Notes: generated by a model not told the origin, from the letters alone. 62,397 bases of DNA, filler included, from Candidatus Tectimicrobiota bacterium (GCA_016193065.1; 9 parts of 9 records of this genome joined end to end with filler, not necessarily neighbours in it); one strand, 5' to 3'. Positions 38,040 to 48,612 are shown, counted from the first letter of the whole stretch. Program-made: numbers and translations.

Positions 38040-39851
38040 TCAGTCCTCGACGTGGTAAGGCACGCTGACGGTGATCTTGCCCGGCCGGAACAGCAGGGCC
38101 GCTTTGATCAAGAGAGCGGTCTGGTTGTGGAGGAAGTGCTCCCACCAGTGGGAGGGGACAATTTCTGGAAGGACCACGGTGAGATAACGGCCCTCACCCT
38201 GGCGCTCCATGCGATCAATATATTCCAGGAGCGGCTGCAGGATGGAACGGTAGGGAGACTCCAGAACGACCAGAGGAACATCCGGTGCCCACTCCGCCCA
38301 TTTCAGGCGCAGCTTCGCCGTCTGTGTGGAATCCAGATCCACCGTCAGAGCGGTCACGTTGGGCGAGAGGGACTTGGCGTACTCCAGCGCCTCGACAACC
38401 CCCCGGTGGATTCCGGCCACCAGGACCACTACGGGATTTTTCCCGATCTTGGGTCGGGACGCCCCTTCCAGGGAGAGCCGGGAAGCAAGCCGGTCGTAGT
38501 GGCGGTGGATCCGCAGGAGAGCGAAGACAATGAGAGGAATCAGCAGGACCACGACCCAGGCCCCAAGAGCGAACTTGGAGACGGCGATGATCACCATCAC
38601 GATTCCTGTGGCGAGGGCCCCGAGACCGTTAAGCGCGATGTGATGGAGCGCCGGGGGCGCCTCCGTGAGCCAGTGGCGAACCATGCCGGCCTGGGACAGG
38701 GTGAAGGAGAGAAAAACGCCGACAGCATAGAGGGGAATGAGAGCGTGCGTGCTCCCCCGGAAGATGACCAGCAAGAGGATGGACAGACCCGCCAGGATCA
38801 GGATGCCGTTGCTGAAGACCAGCTTGTCGCCCCGGTTGGCCAGTTGCCGCGGCATGAATCCATCGCGGGCCATAATGGAGGAGAGCCGGGGGAAATCGGC
38901 GAAGGAGGTGTTGGCTGCCAGCAGCAGAATCAGGGCGGTGGCCGCCTGCATGTTGTAATAGAGGAGGCCCTTCCCGAACACTTGCCCGGCCAGAATGGAC
39001 ACCACGGTTTCCGTCTCACGGGGGACCACCTGATAGACACGGGCCAGGTAGGTAGTACTCAAAAAGGAACTGGCCAAGATCGCGGCCATCCACCCCAGGA
39101 CGATGCCAGCATTGCGGGATTCCGGGGGACGGAAGGCCGGAATGCCGTTGCTGACCGCCTCGGTGCCAGTTATGGCGACACAGCCGGAGGAAAAGGCGCG
39201 CATGATCAGGAACAAGCTGACCGCGTGGGTGGCCTGGAGTTCCTCGGGCGGGAGCGGCTGGACCGTCCCGGTGAGAACCCGGAAAAAACCCGCCAGGATG
39301 AGCAGGAGCAGACTGCCGATGAACCAGTAGGTGGGCACGGCGAAGAGCCGGCCCGACTCCCGTACCCCGCGGAGGTTGGCGACCGTGATCCCGACTACGG
39401 TCAGCACCCCGAGGGCCACCCGCCACGGAAAGAGGGCCGGAAAGGCCGAGGTGATGGCGGCCACGCCCGCGGCGACGCTCACCGCCACGGTGAGGACATA
39501 GTCGATGAGGAGCGCCGATCCGGCGACGAGGCCGGGCAACCGCCCGAGGTTGTCGCTGGCGACGATGTAAGCGCCGCCACCGGAGGGGTAGGCGTGAATC
39601 GTCTGCCAATACGAGGTGGCCACGATCACCACCAGCGTGGCGATCCCGACGGCGAGGGGGAGGGAAAGCGTGAGAGCCGCCGCGCCCGCGGTCACCAGGA
39701 CCAGCAAAATCTCCTCCGTCGCGTAGGCCACGGAAGAGAGGGCATCCGAGGCGAAGACCGCCAGCCCGGTGATTTTGCCGAGCCGCTCGTGTCTGGCCGC
39801 CCAGGTGGCCAGCGGGGAACCCAGGATCAAGCGCTTCAGGGAGTTAGGCAC
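38040..39851 (-). CDS. kimA: APC-family K+ transporter, KimA/YdaO-like
   Basis: ASDALSSVAYATEE, AYPSGGG, GTEAVSNG, SPYRS, LHNQ. Confidence 0.88.
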   Translation of the reverse strand: MPNSLKRLILGSPLATWAARHERLGKITGLAVFASDALSSVAYATEEILLVLVTAGAAALTLSLPLAVGIATLVVIVATSYWQTIHAYPSGGGAYIVASDNLGRLPGLVAGSALLIDYVLTVAVSVAAGVAAITSAFPALFPWRVALGVLTVVGITVANLRGVRESGRLFAVPTYWFIGSLLLLILAGFFRVLTGTVQPLPPEELQATHAVSLFLIMRAFSSGCVAITGTEAVSNGIPAFRPPESRNAGIVLGWMAAILASSFLSTTYLARVYQVVPRETETVVSILAGQVFGKGLLYYNMQAATALILLLAANTSFADFPRLSSIMARDGFMPRQLANRGDKLVFSNGILILAGLSILLLVIFRGSTHALIPLYAVGVFLSFTLSQAGMVRHWLTEAPPALHHIALNGLGALATGIVMVIIAVSKFALGAWVVVLLIPLIVFALLRIHRHYDRLASRLSLEGASRPKIGKNPVVVLVAGIHRGVVEALEYAKSLSPNVTALTVDLDSTQTAKLRLKWAEWAPDVPLVVLESPYRSILQPLLEYIDRMERQGEGRYLTVVLPEIVPSHWWEHFLHNQTALLIKAALLFRPGKITVSVPYHVED

Positions 39852-39896
39852 TCAACCTCCACGTGAACGGCACAGGGAACGCGACTCGGGCTGTTC

Positions 39897-40562
39897 TCAG
39901 GCTGGTCCGATGAGGATATCTTTCAGGTCCTTCTCGGAGGCCACCGTACTCACGGCCAAGATTTCATCCCCGGCTTCCAGGCGGGTGTCGCCGCGGGGGA
40001 TGACCAGGTTACCGCCGCGGATCACGCTGACGATGACCGCTTCAGCAGGGAGGTTTAAGTCTCGGATCTCCTTCCCCCGGCAGGGTGAAGTCTCCGGGAG
40101 GACGAGCTCAACGAGGGCCGCTTCCCCCCGGTTCAGCTTGAGGAGCGTAACCAGCTCGCCCAGACCGATCTCCTCCTCGATGACCTTCGAGGTGAGGTGG
40201 ACCTGGCTGATGGCCACGTCCACCCCCCAGGATTTGGTATAGAGCCATTCGTTCCGCGGATTGCTGTCGCGCGCAATCACCCGAGGGACGTGAAAGTGAT
40301 GCTTGGCCAGGCGGCATATGACCAGGTTATCTTCGTCATTGTGAGTCAAGGCGACAACCAGGTCGGCCTTTTTGACCCCGACCTGCTCGAGGACCTGGGG
40401 GCTGCAGCCGTCTCCACAGATTACCTCGCCTTCGATTTCCTGGCGGAGTTTGGCGACGACTTCGGGACGGTGGTCCACCACCTTGACCTGATACCCCTGG
40501 CCCTGCAGATCCTGCGCCAGGTAAGAGCCGCCCCGGCCCCCCCCCACGATTAACGCCAGCAT
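39897..40562 (-). CDS. trkA: TrkA-family RCK protein (CeoC-like)
   Basis: IVGGGRGG, DEDNLVIC, TrkA_C domain PRGDTRLEAGD. Confidence 0.9.
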   Translation of the reverse strand: MLALIVGGGRGGSYLAQDLQGQGYQVKVVDHRPEVVAKLRQEIEGEVICGDGCSPQVLEQVGVKKADLVVALTHNDEDNLVICRLAKHHFHVPRVIARDSNPRNEWLYTKSWGVDVAISQVHLTSKVIEEEIGLGELVTLLKLNRGEAALVELVLPETSPCRGKEIRDLNLPAEAVIVSVIRGGNLVIPRGDTRLEAGDEILAVSTVASEKDLKDILIGPA

Positions 40563-40578
40563 GCGAGATTTCTCTCCC

Positions 40579-41140
40579 TCATTGCCCCAGAAGCTTCTCC
40601 AGCTTGGGAACAGCTTTGGACGCTACCGCAACATGGAGTTCATCCCCGAGCTCCAGCCGGGTCTTCTGGTCGGGGATAAAGGCCTGTCCTCGGCGCACCA
40701 ACGCGCCGACCACAACTTCGCCGGGAATCGTGACGTCCTGGATGGTCCGTCCCGCCAGCGGCTTAGTGACCTCTACCTTCAAAAACTCCACCTCCCCGCT
40801 GCCGCAGGTGGCCAACGTCGCCAGCCGGGGCTGAGTGATCATGGTCTTGATCGTGCTGGCCCCCCACACCGTCGGGGAAACCGTCGGAATGCCTTCCCGA
40901 CGGTAGATCTCGGCCGCTTGCGAGTCATAGATCCGGGCCACCACGCGGGGGACCTTGAAGGTCTCCTTGGCCGTCACCGCCACCACAATGTTCGCATTGT
41001 CGCTGTCCGTCGTGGCGGCCAGCGCGTCGGCACCCTCGATCTCGGCTTTTTGGAGAATGTCGCGATCAAACCCGACGCCGGTGAGCATGCGGCCGCTGAA
41101 ATCCCGCGACAGGCGCCCGAAGGAGAGCGGGTTGCGATCG
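40579..41140 (-). CDS. trkA: TrkA-family RCK protein (CeoB-like), 5'-truncated
   Basis: GVGFDRDIL, DNANIV, VPRVVARIYD. Confidence 0.9.
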
Positions 41141-41240
41141 NNNNNNNNNNNNNNNNNNNNNNNNNNNNNNNNNNNNNNNNNNNNTTAATTAATTAANNNN
41201 NNNNNNNNNNNNNNNNNNNNNNNNNNNNNNNNNNNNNNNN
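41141..41240. other. Artificial contig linker
   Basis: N44-TTAATTAATTAA-N44. Confidence 0.99.
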
Positions 41241-41266
41241 AGCTCCACTTTACCGGAGGAGAGTGC

Positions 41267-42316
41267 ATGATCACCATCCCTGCTTTGAAAGTGAGGCAGT
41301 TTGGAGTTGAGTTTTACCAGGCTACGTTTACCGCTGCCAATATTAGTCGTCTGGTGAAGTTCGAAGTCCTCACCTACACACCCGTGGCTTCAGGAGATGG
41401 AAAGAAGAAAGCCAGAAGCCGCTCTCGAATCAACTGGGAGTTATTGGAAAACAGGATCAGCGGGAGCGAGGGTGCCTTCCAGCGGCCTGTGATTCACCGG
41501 AAAATCGAAGAGCTTCTCAAGTATTACCAGGATTGCCGGGATATCGGAAATCTGCCGGCCATCCCGGGCGCGGTGATCATGATTGCCGAGAACCGGCTGG
41601 ATTTCAAACGGAGTGGTACGGATGCGCACTTGGGTATGCTGCAGATCCCCGAAGAAGCGGGCATTCTGCGGGCTCTGGACGGTCAGCACCGGCTGCTGGC
41701 CTTGCACTCTGCCGGTGACGGCGGTCTAGAGGGAATTGATGTCCCGCTCAACCCATCTCACATCATCAGTCTGGCAGGCCGCCGTCTTTACAGCGACGAG
41801 AAGCTGGCTCTGGCCCACGACATCATCAAGGCCCTGAACCAGGACGAGACTTCCCCTCTGGCAGGGCAGATCCGGATTTTGGGGGTTGGAAAGGGGAAAG
41901 TCTCCCAGGCCTCCCTGGCCGAAGAGATCGTGGACCTGCTCGAGAATATGGAAAAGATCGGCGGACCCGCAAAAAGCCGGGAGTTCCAAGTCTCGGCGCG
42001 CCGTTTTTTCCTAAATTATATGAAGGCGATTGCCAGCACCTTTTCCACGGCCTGGAATGGGAACAAATACAGCATCCGGACCGGCGCGGCCTTAAGGGCT
42101 TTCCTGCGGGTAGCCCCGGACGTGATGGCGAGAGCCCGGGAGGTGAAGGGCGACCCCTACGATTTGCACAGCCTGCGCGAGGCTCTGCGCCCGTGGGGCC
42201 ACCGACTCGGCGACAAACGCTTTGAGACCGAAGGGGAGTGGCGGGAAAAGCTGGCCGGTGGAACCCGGGGTACGGTTGACTTCCTGGCCCGCGAGTGCCG
42301 GGCCTCCCTTCGTTAG
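41267..42316 (+). CDS. DGQHR-domain protein (DndB-like, ParB/Srx superfamily)
   Basis: FQRP, IPGAVI, LDGQHRLLAL; the expected F-x-x-IN segment appears missing. Confidence 0.82.
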   Translation: MITIPALKVRQFGVEFYQATFTAANISRLVKFEVLTYTPVASGDGKKKARSRSRINWELLENRISGSEGAFQRPVIHRKIEELLKYYQDCRDIGNLPAIPGAVIMIAENRLDFKRSGTDAHLGMLQIPEEAGILRALDGQHRLLALHSAGDGGLEGIDVPLNPSHIISLAGRRLYSDEKLALAHDIIKALNQDETSPLAGQIRILGVGKGKVSQASLAEEIVDLLENMEKIGGPAKSREFQVSARRFFLNYMKAIASTFSTAWNGNKYSIRTGAALRAFLRVAPDVMARAREVKGDPYDLHSLREALRPWGHRLGDKRFETEGEWREKLAGGTRGTVDFLARECRASLR

Positions 42317-42354
42317 GGAGAGGGAAAACCCCTGAAGCTTTTTGGCAGGCCCGG

Positions 42355-43405
42355 ATGGAAGTTATAACGCTCGTTGCCCTGGGTGCCTCGTTCCTCCTGA
42401 TTGCTCTCGTCCTTCTTGCATTGCAAAGCACCAAACGCGAATTAAAATCCCTCCAGGAGAGCTCCCAGAAGGATACGCCTCTCCTTCTCCTGCACGAGCA
42501 GATGGAGCATTTGCGGGAGCAGGTGCGGGCTAGCCTGGAAGGAAGCACGCAATCCGTGAGCCAGCAGCTTGCGCAAATCGGAGGCAGTGTTACCTCTCAG
42601 CTCGGGCAAGTGACGGCCCACCTTAGCGAGCGTCTCAGGGAAAGCGCCCATCTGATCCAGAAGGCGAACGAGGTGGTCGGCGAGCGCCTGGACCGCACGG
42701 CCAGGGCAGTGGGGGATGTGCAGGGAGGTCTTGCCAGGCTCGACGAGGCTGCCCGCCGCATGATTGAAGTGGGGCAGAATATCAACAGCCTGCAGCAGAT
42801 CCTGCAGCCCCCCAAGCTGCGGGGCGGATTTGGAGAGACCCTTCTCGAGAACCTGCTGGCCCGCATCCTTCCCCGCGAATATTATATGCTGCAGCATGTT
42901 TTTCGGACCGGGGCGACGGTGGATGCCGCGATCCGGATCGGGGATGGACTGGTACCGGTGGACGCAAAATTTCCGCTGGAAAACTTCAAGAAGATGCTAT
43001 TTCGCGCTCATGTATATTCCGGCCGAAAATGTATACTATGAAACCATTATCAAGGATGAAGGGTCTGATGGAGAAGGATCTCTGTCGGACTTTGCCCTTC
43101 AGCAGCGGGTCATTCCTGTTTCTCCGAACAGCTTCTACGCCTACCTCCAGGCCATCGTGCTGGGACTGAAAGGACTCCGGGTAGAAAAAAACGCCAGGGA
43201 TATCATGGTCCACCTCTCCCGCCTCCAGGGAGATTTACGCCGGTTCCGGGACGACTTCAGCGTGCTCGGCAAGCACCTAAGCAATGCCAGGAATAAATAC
43301 GAAGAGGCGCAAGCTGCTCTCACCCGGATCGAGACCAAGCTGGAAGGGATGGGGAGTGGGGATAGCCCGCTGGAGTCCCCCCCGAAAGAACTCCCTTCCG
43401 AGTAA
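42355..43405 (+). CDS. rmuC: DNA recombination protein RmuC, internal deletion/frameshift near 42995
   Basis: KLRGGFGE..LE, PVDAKFPLENF, then FALMYIPAENVYYE...SPNSF in another frame. Confidence 0.88.
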
Positions 43406-43422
43406 GAATAGAGGCCTCCGAG

Positions 43423-44208
43423 ATGAAGCGGCAGCCAAGGATCCCCAGCTATTTCCGCTGCGTCTTGCGGGATCCATCGGAAATCACACCGTTCGTTGTA
43501 CAGTTTCTGGACAGTCCTTTTGTGGACAAGAACGTCCCGTTCCCGGTCCCAAGCTTCACCGAGCTTAAACAATTTCTGCGCGCTCACGGGCGCGACGCGA
43601 GCCTCCGCAGGTGCTTCGGAGCCTTGTTTGATTACCTCGAGATCCAGGATGGCGAGGAAGAGGGGGTTGTCACCTGGGGCGAGGACGCCTACTGCAACAC
43701 TCTGGAGGTGAAATCGGTTTTAGACCTCGTGTTCCCCCTGCTGGAAGAGGTGAAAGCGCGTGGAATCTTGTTTGGAGATCGGATTGAAATTGGCTTTGCT
43801 CTTCCCCTGATCATGACAAATCCTCGCCTGCCCCGGGAAGAGATCTGTTCTGAAATCCTGAGATACGGAGGGAACGCCCGGGAACTGGCCTTTCATCTCC
43901 ACCATCCACGCCCCCGGCGCGCACCGTACGAAGGTGCTCTGTGGATCGATCTTCGGGAGAAGGCGCCCCCGAAGTCCCGGGAGGCCAGCCGGAGAGGGGA
44001 GGCGGGAATCCTCGAGGTTCCGATTGAGAATCCCTGGATCAGCCCCCGCCTCCATCTGTCCGTTTCCGTGCGGTACAATTCTCAATTCCGGGGTTATTGG
44101 CTCTCGCAGATGTATCACCTGGCCGCCAACCTGCGGGGCAACGACCCGCTGCCCGAACTTATCGTCGAAGACTGGCGGGATTTCAAAAACCGGGAAAGCG
44201 GTGCTTGA
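43423..44208 (+). CDS. Hypothetical protein
   Basis: 261-aa ORF filling the gap 17 bp after rmuC, GC-typical codon use; no family recognised. Confidence 0.65.
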   Translation: MKRQPRIPSYFRCVLRDPSEITPFVVQFLDSPFVDKNVPFPVPSFTELKQFLRAHGRDASLRRCFGALFDYLEIQDGEEEGVVTWGEDAYCNTLEVKSVLDLVFPLLEEVKARGILFGDRIEIGFALPLIMTNPRLPREEICSEILRYGGNARELAFHLHHPRPRRAPYEGALWIDLREKAPPKSREASRRGEAGILEVPIENPWISPRLHLSVSVRYNSQFRGYWLSQMYHLAANLRGNDPLPELIVEDWRDFKNRESGA

Positions 44209-44217
44209 GGTGTCCAT

Positions 44218-46443
44218 TTACCCGCTGTCTCTCAGGCGCTGGGCCAGGAAAGTGTGTCGGCTCTGGATCTGGTTACTCTTGATGGCGATCGTCAGGGCCC
44301 GGGTGGTGCCAATGAGGATCACGAGCTTCTTGCCCCGGGTGACGGCCGTGTAAATCACGTTGCGTTGCAGCAACGGGAAGTGCTGGGTGGTCAGCGGGAC
44401 GATAATGCCCGGGTATTCGCTGCCCTGGGCTTTGTGAATCGAGACTGCGTAAGCAGGGGTTAGTTCGTCCAGTTCCCCGGATTCATAGAGAACCTCTCTC
44501 TGGTCGAAGTTCACGCAGATCTCTCCCCGTTCCGAGTCGATGGCCGTGATGCGGCCGATATCTCCATTGAAGATCTCCTTCTGGTAGTTGTTGCGGATCT
44601 GCATGACCTTGTCGCGCAGACGGAAGGGAAAACCGGCCGGCAGATCGTCGTTGCGGGACGGGTTCAGGCGCTGTTGGAGTTGCTCGTTGAGGTTCACCGT
44701 ACCCAGAGGACCCCGATGCATGGGGGTGAGGACCTGGATGTCGTCGATGGGATGGAGCCCCCGCTTGTGGGGGAGAATTTCGCTGCACAGGTCGAGGATG
44801 AGTCGGAGGATCTTGTCGGGGTCCGCCTCGTGGATGAAATGGAAATCGGCGCTCTCCCTCTGGTCGCCCTGCGGAAGGAAGGGAAGTTCTCCCTGGTTGA
44901 TGCGGTGGGCATTCTCGACGATGAGGCTGCCGCGGGCCTGGCGAAAGATTTCGGTAAGGGTAACGACAGGGATGCGCTCCGAGGCGATGATGTCCCGCAG
45001 GACATTGCCCGGCCCCACGGAGGGGAGTTGGTTGGCGTCGCCGATAAAAATAACGGTGGCCTCATCCGGAATGGCTTGCAGGAGAGAGTCCATCAGGGGC
45101 AAATCGACCATGGACGTCTCGTCGATCACGAAAACGTCCGCTTTGAGGCGGTTCGTGGGGCCGCGCTGGAAGCCTCCCTGCTGAGGGTTAAACTCCAGGA
45201 GGCGGTGGATCGTCCTGGCTTCCTCATTGGTGGCTTCCGCCAGGCGTTTTGCAGCTCTGCCCGTGGGGGCCGCGAGCAGTATCCTCTGCCCCAAGCGTTG
45301 GTAGAGGCGCACGACGCTGTGCAGGAGGGTGGTCTTTCCCGTTCCCGGTCCGCCGGTAATCACCAGGACTTTCTCGCCCAGGGCGCGGGTGACGGCCTCA
45401 AGCTGCCTGGGAGCAAACCGGATGCCCAGGAGATCCTGGATCCACTGCAGGTCCCAGTCCGTAACCGGCGAACCCGAGATCCTGGGGGTTGACAGGAGTT
45501 GCTTGAGTTTCTGGGCCACGCGCACCTCCGCGGCGTGGAGGTGCCTGGGATAGACCGCTTTGACGGGACCGGCGGCGGTCTTGATCTCTTCCAGGACAAT
45601 GTGTCTGTGGGTGGCTGCCCGGGCCAGGCCTTCCTGGACGTTTTTGGAGGAAATCTCCAGGAGGGCGCAAGACTTCTCGACGAGCTGTTGATACGGCGCG
45701 CAGATGTGTCCTTCCTGCCCGAATTCCTGCAAAACGTAGAGGAGGCCCGATTCAGCCCGCAGGGGGGAATCCTTGGGGAAGCCGAGCTTCTGGGCCAGCC
45801 GATCTGCCGTCACGAAGCCGGAGCCGCGCACCTCGGTGGCAAGCCGGTAGGGGTTCTCTCGCAATACGGCCAGAGCGGAGTCCCCATAGGCATGGTGAAT
45901 GCGAAAAATCTGAGAAGGGGTGGCCCCGTGGGGTTGCAGGAACAGCATGAGGCTCTTGACTCCTTGATGCTTCTGCCAGGCCAGGGCGATGGCCTCGGCC
46001 CGCTGGGGGCCGATGCCGTTGACTTCGTGAAGGCGTGCCGGTTCTTCCTCGATAATCCGGAGGGTCTCCAGGCCGAAGGCATCAACCAGGCGTTTGGCCA
46101 TGACGGGCCCGATCCCCTGGATCAGTCCCGAGCTGAGAAACTGCTGGATTCCGGCCCGACTCGTGGGCGGGGACCACTGGCAGCCCTCCACTTTGAACTG
46201 GCGGCCATAGACCGGATGGGTGGTCCAGTGCCCGTTGACGATCAGGGCCTCTCCAGGCTGCAGGGCAGGTAGATGCCCGACAAGAGTCACGAGGGCTTCT
46301 GCGCCTTGTGCGGCCGCCGTGTGGAACAAGGACCCGCTGGCATCCGGATCGGGCCGAAAACGAGCAACTGTGTACAGGGTCTCCTCGTTGCGGTAGACGA
46401 TGCGCTCAATGGCTCCTTGGATGAATTCCACGGAAACTCCCAT
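44218..46443 (-). CDS. recD2: ATP-dependent RecD2-like SF1 helicase
   Basis: ITGGPGTGKTT, APTGRAAKRL, IDETSM, GDANQLPSVG, AYAVSIHKAQGSEY, YTAVTRGK. Confidence 0.95.
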   Translation of the reverse strand: MGVSVEFIQGAIERIVYRNEETLYTVARFRPDPDASGSLFHTAAAQGAEALVTLVGHLPALQPGEALIVNGHWTTHPVYGRQFKVEGCQWSPPTSRAGIQQFLSSGLIQGIGPVMAKRLVDAFGLETLRIIEEEPARLHEVNGIGPQRAEAIALAWQKHQGVKSLMLFLQPHGATPSQIFRIHHAYGDSALAVLRENPYRLATEVRGSGFVTADRLAQKLGFPKDSPLRAESGLLYVLQEFGQEGHICAPYQQLVEKSCALLEISSKNVQEGLARAATHRHIVLEEIKTAAGPVKAVYPRHLHAAEVRVAQKLKQLLSTPRISGSPVTDWDLQWIQDLLGIRFAPRQLEAVTRALGEKVLVITGGPGTGKTTLLHSVVRLYQRLGQRILLAAPTGRAAKRLAEATNEEARTIHRLLEFNPQQGGFQRGPTNRLKADVFVIDETSMVDLPLMDSLLQAIPDEATVIFIGDANQLPSVGPGNVLRDIIASERIPVVTLTEIFRQARGSLIVENAHRINQGELPFLPQGDQRESADFHFIHEADPDKILRLILDLCSEILPHKRGLHPIDDIQVLTPMHRGPLGTVNLNEQLQQRLNPSRNDDLPAGFPFRLRDKVMQIRNNYQKEIFNGDIGRITAIDSERGEICVNFDQREVLYESGELDELTPAYAVSIHKAQGSEYPGIIVPLTTQHFPLLQRNVIYTAVTRGKKLVILIGTTRALTIAIKSNQIQSRHTFLAQRLRDSG

Positions 46444-46765
46444 GCCTTTGAGATACCGGGCATTATACCCTGTACGGGCGGAAAACTGCACGGGATAGAG
46501 ACTCTGAGAGTTGTCGGCCTTGACCGTTTCTTGCAGGGATGAGAGAATCAATCCCCGGATATATCTTGCAGCAAAGTGGTCCGACCCAAGGAAACGAAAC
46601 CAGGGGGAGAAGAGGGGAGGGGGGCGAGATAGGATCTCAGATCCCTCCAAGAGAGGAGGTATCCGCCGTGTGAGCCAAACATCCGGATTGGAGGAAAGGG
46701 TAGCTCCGTTGGCCGCCATCGACAATTGCGAAAACTCAAATGCGGAAGCGGGAAAGGGGAATCTA

Positions 46766-47761
46766 ATGGCAAAGCTCAAGTTGACAATCGCATGTGGAAA
46801 CTACGACCGGACACGAGCCCTCTTGGATGGCAGGATTGAACCTGAAGGGATCGACCTCAATTACATCCCGATGCGTCCCGGTGAGACTTTCTGGCGGATG
46901 CTCAATAACGAGGAGTTTGACGCCTCGGAAATGTCCTTATCCTCCTATACGATCCTGCGCTCGAAAGGGGACACCCGTTTTGTGGCGCTGCCGGTTTTCC
47001 CCTCCCGCATCTTTCGCCAATGCTGCGTTTACGTCTATTCCCGGGCCGGAATTAAACGGCCCCAGGATCTCAAGGGGAAGCGGCTCGGTGCCGCCGATTA
47101 TCAGATGACGGCCGCGGTCTGGGTGCGGGGGTTCCTGCAGCACGACTACGGGGTGATGCCCGAGGACCTCAATTGGGTTGTGGGCGCTCCGGTGCGATTT
47201 GGGGTCAGCATTCCCTCCCGAGTCCGCATCGAGCAAATCAGCCCGGGCCAATCTCTGGACGAGATGCTGGACCGGGGGGAGGTCGATGCCCTGATCGGGG
47301 TTACGTTCCCCCGTCCTTTCCTGGCCGGATCAACACGTGTTCGGCGGCTGTTCCCGAATTACCGGAAGGTGGAGGAGGAGTATTACCGCCGCACGGGAAT
47401 ATTCCCCATCATGCACACGTTCGTGCTGAAAACCAAACTGTTCGAGGCCGAGCCCTGGGCAGCCATCAGCCTCTACAAGGCCTTTGTCCAGGCCAAGCAG
47501 CTCAATTATCAAACTCTCTATGACACGGATGCCCTGCCGGCGAGCCTGCCCTGGCTTATCGACGAGATCGAAACCTCGCGCCGGATCTTCGGCAAGGATA
47601 TCTGGAACTATTCCATCGAGGGGAGCCGCCCGACCCTTGAAGCCTTGGTCCAGTATCTCGATGAGCAAGGCCTTACCGCGAGGAAGATGACAATTGAGGA
47701 GCTTTTCGTCCCCAATATCCGCGAGCACTATGAGGCCTATCTGGAGTCCTTCTACCACTAA
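46766..47761 (+). CDS. 4,5-dihydroxyphthalate decarboxylase-like protein
   Basis: LTIACGNYDRTRAL, FDASEMSLSSY, YQMTAAVWVRG, TGIFPIMH. Confidence 0.85.
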   Translation: MAKLKLTIACGNYDRTRALLDGRIEPEGIDLNYIPMRPGETFWRMLNNEEFDASEMSLSSYTILRSKGDTRFVALPVFPSRIFRQCCVYVYSRAGIKRPQDLKGKRLGAADYQMTAAVWVRGFLQHDYGVMPEDLNWVVGAPVRFGVSIPSRVRIEQISPGQSLDEMLDRGEVDALIGVTFPRPFLAGSTRVRRLFPNYRKVEEEYYRRTGIFPIMHTFVLKTKLFEAEPWAAISLYKAFVQAKQLNYQTLYDTDALPASLPWLIDEIETSRRIFGKDIWNYSIEGSRPTLEALVQYLDEQGLTARKMTIEELFVPNIREHYEAYLESFYH

Positions 47762-48089
47762 TGAGATGAGCAACGCGGAAAAGGCCGAAACGAGTTTCGC
47801 CCTCCCCATTACTTCCCCCTCCTCAGGGTGTGAAGGGGAGATTCTTCAAGGAGTTCATTATAATCAGCTATAAAACCTTCAGAATTTATTAGACAAGTTC
47901 TCTTGCGTTATCGTTGGTAAGATGGGGCTTCGTTTTTCCAGGGTGCTCCCAGGAGTCGCTCTTTTGACCTCTTGTCTGTTACATAATGTCTCTTATCGGA
48001 AGTAGATGAGTCAACACAGAGTAGAGGAAACCTTGCCTAAGCAGGATACAGGGAGATCTGAGGGAAACCCCTATCCCGGCAGAAAGACG

Positions 48090-48512
48090 CTAGCTGGCAG
48101 CCTGGAGACGGGCTAGGCGGTCTTTAATCTCTTCGGCCCAGGGGGAATTGGGGAATTTTTGCAGGACCTGATTATAGGTCTCAGTGGCCTTGGCGCGATC
48201 GCCGAGAGTTTCATAACAGCGCCCGATGGATTGGAGGGCCCGGTCCTGGAAGATCGCCTTGTCATTGAGGAGAGCCTGATAACTTGAAATCGCCGCCCGG
48301 CAGTCTCCCAGGTCTTCCTGAACGTTTCCGAGGTTGAGAAAGGCCAGTTCCCGGAAAAGAGGGGTGGAAGCCTTACGGGCTACCAGTTGGAATGTTTGAG
48401 CGGCCTTGGGGTAGTCCCTCAGGCGGTACTGGATCTGCCCCATGTAGAAGGTGGCCTGTAGGGCGCTGGGGGTGCGGGGGTAGCGTTGGATCACTTCCTG
48501 GAGCTGCTTGAT
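48090..48512 (-). CDS. Tetratricopeptide-repeat protein, 5'-truncated
   Basis: TPR pattern; YPRTPSALQATF...FPNSPWAEE. Confidence 0.8.
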   Translation of the reverse strand: MKQLQEVIQRYPRTPSALQATFYMGQIQYRLRDYPKAAQTFQLVARKASTPLFRELAFLNLGNVQEDLGDCRAAISSYQALLNDKAIFQDRALQSIGRCYETLGDRAKATETYNQVLQKFPNSPWAEEIKDRLARLQAAS

Positions 48513-48612
48513 NNNNNNNNNNNNNNNNNNNNNNNNNNNNNNNNNNNNNNNNNNNNTTAATTAATTAANNNNNNNNNNNNNNNNNNNNNNNNNNNNNNNN
48601 NNNNNNNNNNNN
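48513..48612. other. Artificial contig linker
   Basis: N44-TTAATTAATTAA-N44. Confidence 0.99.

Noticed and set aside
38052-39866. 604-aa plus-strand ORF
   Set aside because: Antisense shadow of the KimA-like gene, expected at high GC3
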